64,000 nucleotides of DNA from assembly GCA_030704615.1 (NCBI GenBank), contig CM060733.1, positions 73,532,001 through 73,596,000 of the forward strand, in the 5' to 3' direction. This DNA comes from Takakia lepidozioides. Its lineage: Eukaryota; Plantae; Bryophyta. The position numbers and the translations under genes were made by a program. The notes beneath the pieces were generated by a model that was given only the letters and a program-made list of their open reading frames with translations, was not told the origin of the DNA and made no database searches. Below, one piece after another: positions 60,365-64,000 of the stretch (positions are counted from its first letter, which is position 1; every line of letters begins with the position of its first letter).

Positions 60365-63300
60365 GAGGTTTGCTATTTCATGAGCATGAGCGGCATGAGC
60401 GGCATGAGCGGCATGAGTAGAGTAGTAACACAATCGGTTTTCATGAGCAGAAGTACAAATTTTGAAAATAAAAAACAATAAAAAAAACAATAATTTAATG
60501 CAATGTGTCAGGAAAAACAAATATATTATTCGGCCCCTTGAAGGGAAAATTGCACTTTTGACAGTTGTGCTCATGATATTTCGTCTTCCGCTCATGCCAA
60601 TTCCCAGCGACATGTGCAAATATGGCGCCGAATTTCGCGGTAATAAGGTCCGTAACCTGAAAAAACGGCGACGTATTTCGCGGCAATAGGTCTCTCTGGC
60701 GAAAAATGGTGCCGAATTCCGCGGCTATAGGTCCCCTCATGACAGGTAATTCGGCGCCATTTTTCCAGTGCATGTTCGGACTTAGCCAGTTTTCGGCCCA
60801 AAAAAGAGAAATTCGGCGCCATTTTTCCAGACACGGTACCAGTGCATGTTGGGACTTAGCCAGTTTTCGGCCCCAAAAAGAGAAATTCGGCGCCATTTTC
60901 CCAAACACAGGTACCAGTGCATGTTGGGACTTAGCGAGTTTTCGGCCCCAAAAAGAGAAATTCGGCGCCATTTTTCCAGAAATGGCCCCACAACTGCTTC
61001 TGTTGGATCTCAGTTTGAATGGAATATTGCCTCATTCCAGGAGTTTTGGGGTGCATTTCATTACACTGCAAAAAAAAAGTTGATACAGCAAAATGCATTT
61101 GAAAATATCCATATGGAGGATTCCCTTTGCCCCATCAATGATTTCTGGAATCCCTAAGGAGGAGTTTGTGCAGCTCGTTCACGCTCAACGCCGGTGCATG
61201 AATAAAGTCATCAATAGTCACGTTCATCCTCAACCTCTTCAGGTAAATGTAATACAGATGCTTGCACGGATAATACTTCGAACCCTTCTTTGCTTCCATC
61301 AACGAGAAGTCCGTACAATTGCAAGTCGGCTCCACTCCAATCGTAATTGTGTAAACATCGTCGCGTACAGCCGAGCCGGCCGTTGCCATCCGATACACAC
61401 GCCCAAGGCCGGGTGGGGGTACGTCCACGGAGCTCTGAATAGTGCAAGCCATCCCAAGAGCATTGGCAATCCGAGTCTCATTCAACTTGTTGGGAGGGTG
61501 TCGTCTCTTCACTCTTCCGAATCGCATTGTGGGATGTGCAGAATTGTCCAATCCGTCTCTACTGGACCGAGCAGTCTGCAATGGCTGGGTCTGAGGAACC
61601 GGAAATGCGTGGGCCGGGATGTCTGTGCGTTGCACCATTCGAAATCCTGCTGCAGATAGAGCATCCGCCTCATTCTGAGAGAGGCTGCAACCCGGTGCAA
61701 CAGGCCAGACGCCCGGAGGCTCCGGCATTCCCTGAATCCCGTACTTGGGCTTGCCAAATACACAGGTCATTATGTCGTGCCTACAGAACCAAAATGTCTG
61801 CGTTGTGGCGTGAGCAAATGTGGGAGTCAAAAATCTGCCGCTGAAACAAGGTGCAGGTACAGCACCGTGTGGGTTCCTCCGAATCATCTCACCACAGCGT
61901 GCTCTCGTATCCACCCGGATGGCGCAACACTTCCCTCGAAATGCCGGCAATGTCCTCGCAATTCTCCACTGTGACTCCGACACTCTTGTCTCCACAATGG
62001 GAATGTTGTATTGCTTTACTACAGATGGCTCGTTATGTTGCCGGGGCACGCGCCCTGTGCTCAAAGGAGATGGCGATCTTGAACGTGCAGGACTTCCGGT
62101 GCTCGACGAGACCTCCTCGGACAACATCACCGGACCACGAGGGAGCGTGCGAATATTCTTGTCAGCTCGCCATGAATCCTCTTCTCCGCCAGGTGCCTCG
62201 TCAAGTCTTCGTCTCACTGGACGGGTATGAACATCTCCTTCCAAATGTTGGCCTCTTCGCAGCAATGGCGTGTCCCGAAGGCCCTCTCGCAAGGCCGCCG
62301 CCCACTTCCGAGGATTCTTCGATCTGGAGGCAGTCCGCATCAGCATTTCCTGCCTGTCCGGCCCCAAGCCCCACTGTTTCCCTTTCAAGAACTCGTTGTA
62401 CCTGCATTGCTGCATAATTGACCTCACAATGTCCTCCGTTGTGGCAGTGAGGATGTCCACCAGATGCGCCGCAGAGGAGGCACGCCAGGAAGAGTGCACT
62501 GATTCGGCCATGTTTGTCGTGGGCATGTCGGTGTCGGAGTCGAGACACATTTCCTGCACAAGCACATGTTCAGGTTACAAGCAAGTTACAAATATGGCCA
62601 AGAATAATATCCAACGGGACGCGAATTCGTGCAACTCACCTCCCGCATATAGTCGCCGAACTGAAGAAACGATAATGCCACCATGCTAGCCAACTGACCA
62701 TTGCTCCTTCGTCTGATTTCCTTACAGCACCTGACGATGTCCACCAAGCCCGTATGCATGCAAACTGTGTCTCTGCATCATCCAAGGTGGGAGCGCGCTT
62801 CCACGCAAGGCACATGGAACGGTGCTCCTCTCTGAAATCTGGCGCCACGAGCCTGGTTGTGTACTGCGAAAGGCTCTGCAGAAAATGGAACCCACAAGAT
62901 CTCTCCTTGCCTTCCATGGGAACATTGGGGTCTTGCCCGTACACCCTTCGGATGGCAGCCCAATTTGCTTGTGCGTTGTCCGCCATGAAACCACGGAAAT
63001 TCGGAGGGGGCAATCCCGCCTTGGCCATCTGTTCGTTTATTCCCTGCCAAAGAAGCATCTCCGATTGTGTGTCCTCTCCTTTCATCTCACAAATAGCAAT
63101 TGTCATTAGCATCCTGCAGTGGGTGTCGTAGACATGTGCACCCATTGTCACCCACTGGTGATTTGTAATTCGCTTGATATGGTCGAACATGACCCAACTG
63201 TTTGACAAGTTCCCACTCGTCATCCTGTCGACCAGTTCGACGCCACTGCCAGGTCCACACGTGGACATTTTGAATACGAAACAACGATCTGCCTCAGTCC

Positions 63301-64000
63301 CTTGTCCTGGAAACCTACTTCCATGAATGTAGTCATATCCACATCGTCGCTTCACCTCCAGAATGGAGTGCATATCCGAGCCACGCCCAATTTTCTGTTT
63401 GCATGAGACAATGTGGTTTCGGACATTCGGTGAACATACGTGGGACACCGACTCCAGCAATGCCTCCATTTCCTTCTCGTCGAGAGGAACTCTATCGGAG
63501 CCGTCTTCCGACATAATTCTGGCCAATGCCATCTTATGGGCGGCTTGGAGCTGTATCTGTTTGGGTTTGGCACCCGGTCTCAACTTAACCTCCTCCTGAA
63601 CGAGCTGCTCTGCTTCGTGGGCAGCCTCCCGCGAGTTCCCCCTCGCCAATTTGTGACAATGGGAACCAACGTGTATGCAAGCTCGGGTGAGGTCAGGGAA
63701 ACGGTGCAACACATAGAACTGCTTGGCATTACAAACAGACATGCAGTGTGGTGGTTCTTTGCAATGCGCACACTTAAATGTGGAGTTCGGAACCTTCTCC
63801 TGAGCTCGAAATGGTTGGTGAGCTGTGCCTGTCCAATCGGTCTCGTTCCTGTGACCTCTGGATTTAAAGTGGAAGCAAGTTGGGGAGAAACACCGCAACG
63901 CGCCCGCACAAACAACGTAGCGCACCCGCACACCATCTAGCATCTTCATGCTGGTGGTTTTGGTAACGCACCAAGGATGACCGTCATGTTTTCTATCCAT
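60365..64000 (+). mobile_element. MULE-1 copy C, left TIR and transposase; runs off the window
   Basis: Starts GAGGTTTGCTATTTCATGAGC; collinear with copies A and B2. Confidence 0.92.
61135..64000 (-). CDS. MULE-1 transposase (copy C), best-preserved copy; intron 62554-62639; 1-nt deletion near 62665
   Basis: Open frames of 454 and 476 aa with GCM-like, D-D-CxxH-E and SWIM motifs. GTGAGT...TGCAG intron. Confidence 0.88.

Overview
This is eukaryotic, spliced, transposon-dense DNA, probably from a non-seed land plant (inferred from the element families). I found no clear host gene; the whole window is nested mobile elements. The main occupant is an ~11-13 kb Mutator-like DNA transposon family (here 'MULE-1') in four copies. 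Copy A (41474-52846) has both TIRs and an 8-bp TSD (TATGGGTG). Copy B1 (7368-10860) is an inverted right end, copy B2 (12185-22366) is an internal portion, and copy C (60365-end) is a left end. MULE-1 carries two divergent genes. One is a GCM-like/DDE/SWIM transposase (minus strand). The other is a ~10-exon gene (plus strand) whose spliced product joins a ParB/Srx-like domain (DGNHR) to a beta-class amino (N6A/N4C) DNA-methyltransferase-like domain. Three non-coding compartments are filled with tandem arrays of the palindrome GGAAATTCGGCGCCGAATTTCC. Also present: a related degenerate MULE (2861-7367); a very young, complete chromoviral Ty3/gypsy element (29356-36327, TSD ACATG); three to four decayed pieces of a non-chromoviral Ty3/gypsy family whose pol appears to run in frame into a long extra 3' ORF; and fragments of a third DNA element marked by a different palindrome (ACGGGAGATCTCCCGT), one of which holds an FCP1/NIF-like pseudo-phosphatase exon. 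All domain calls come from motif recognition by eye; no database searches were run.
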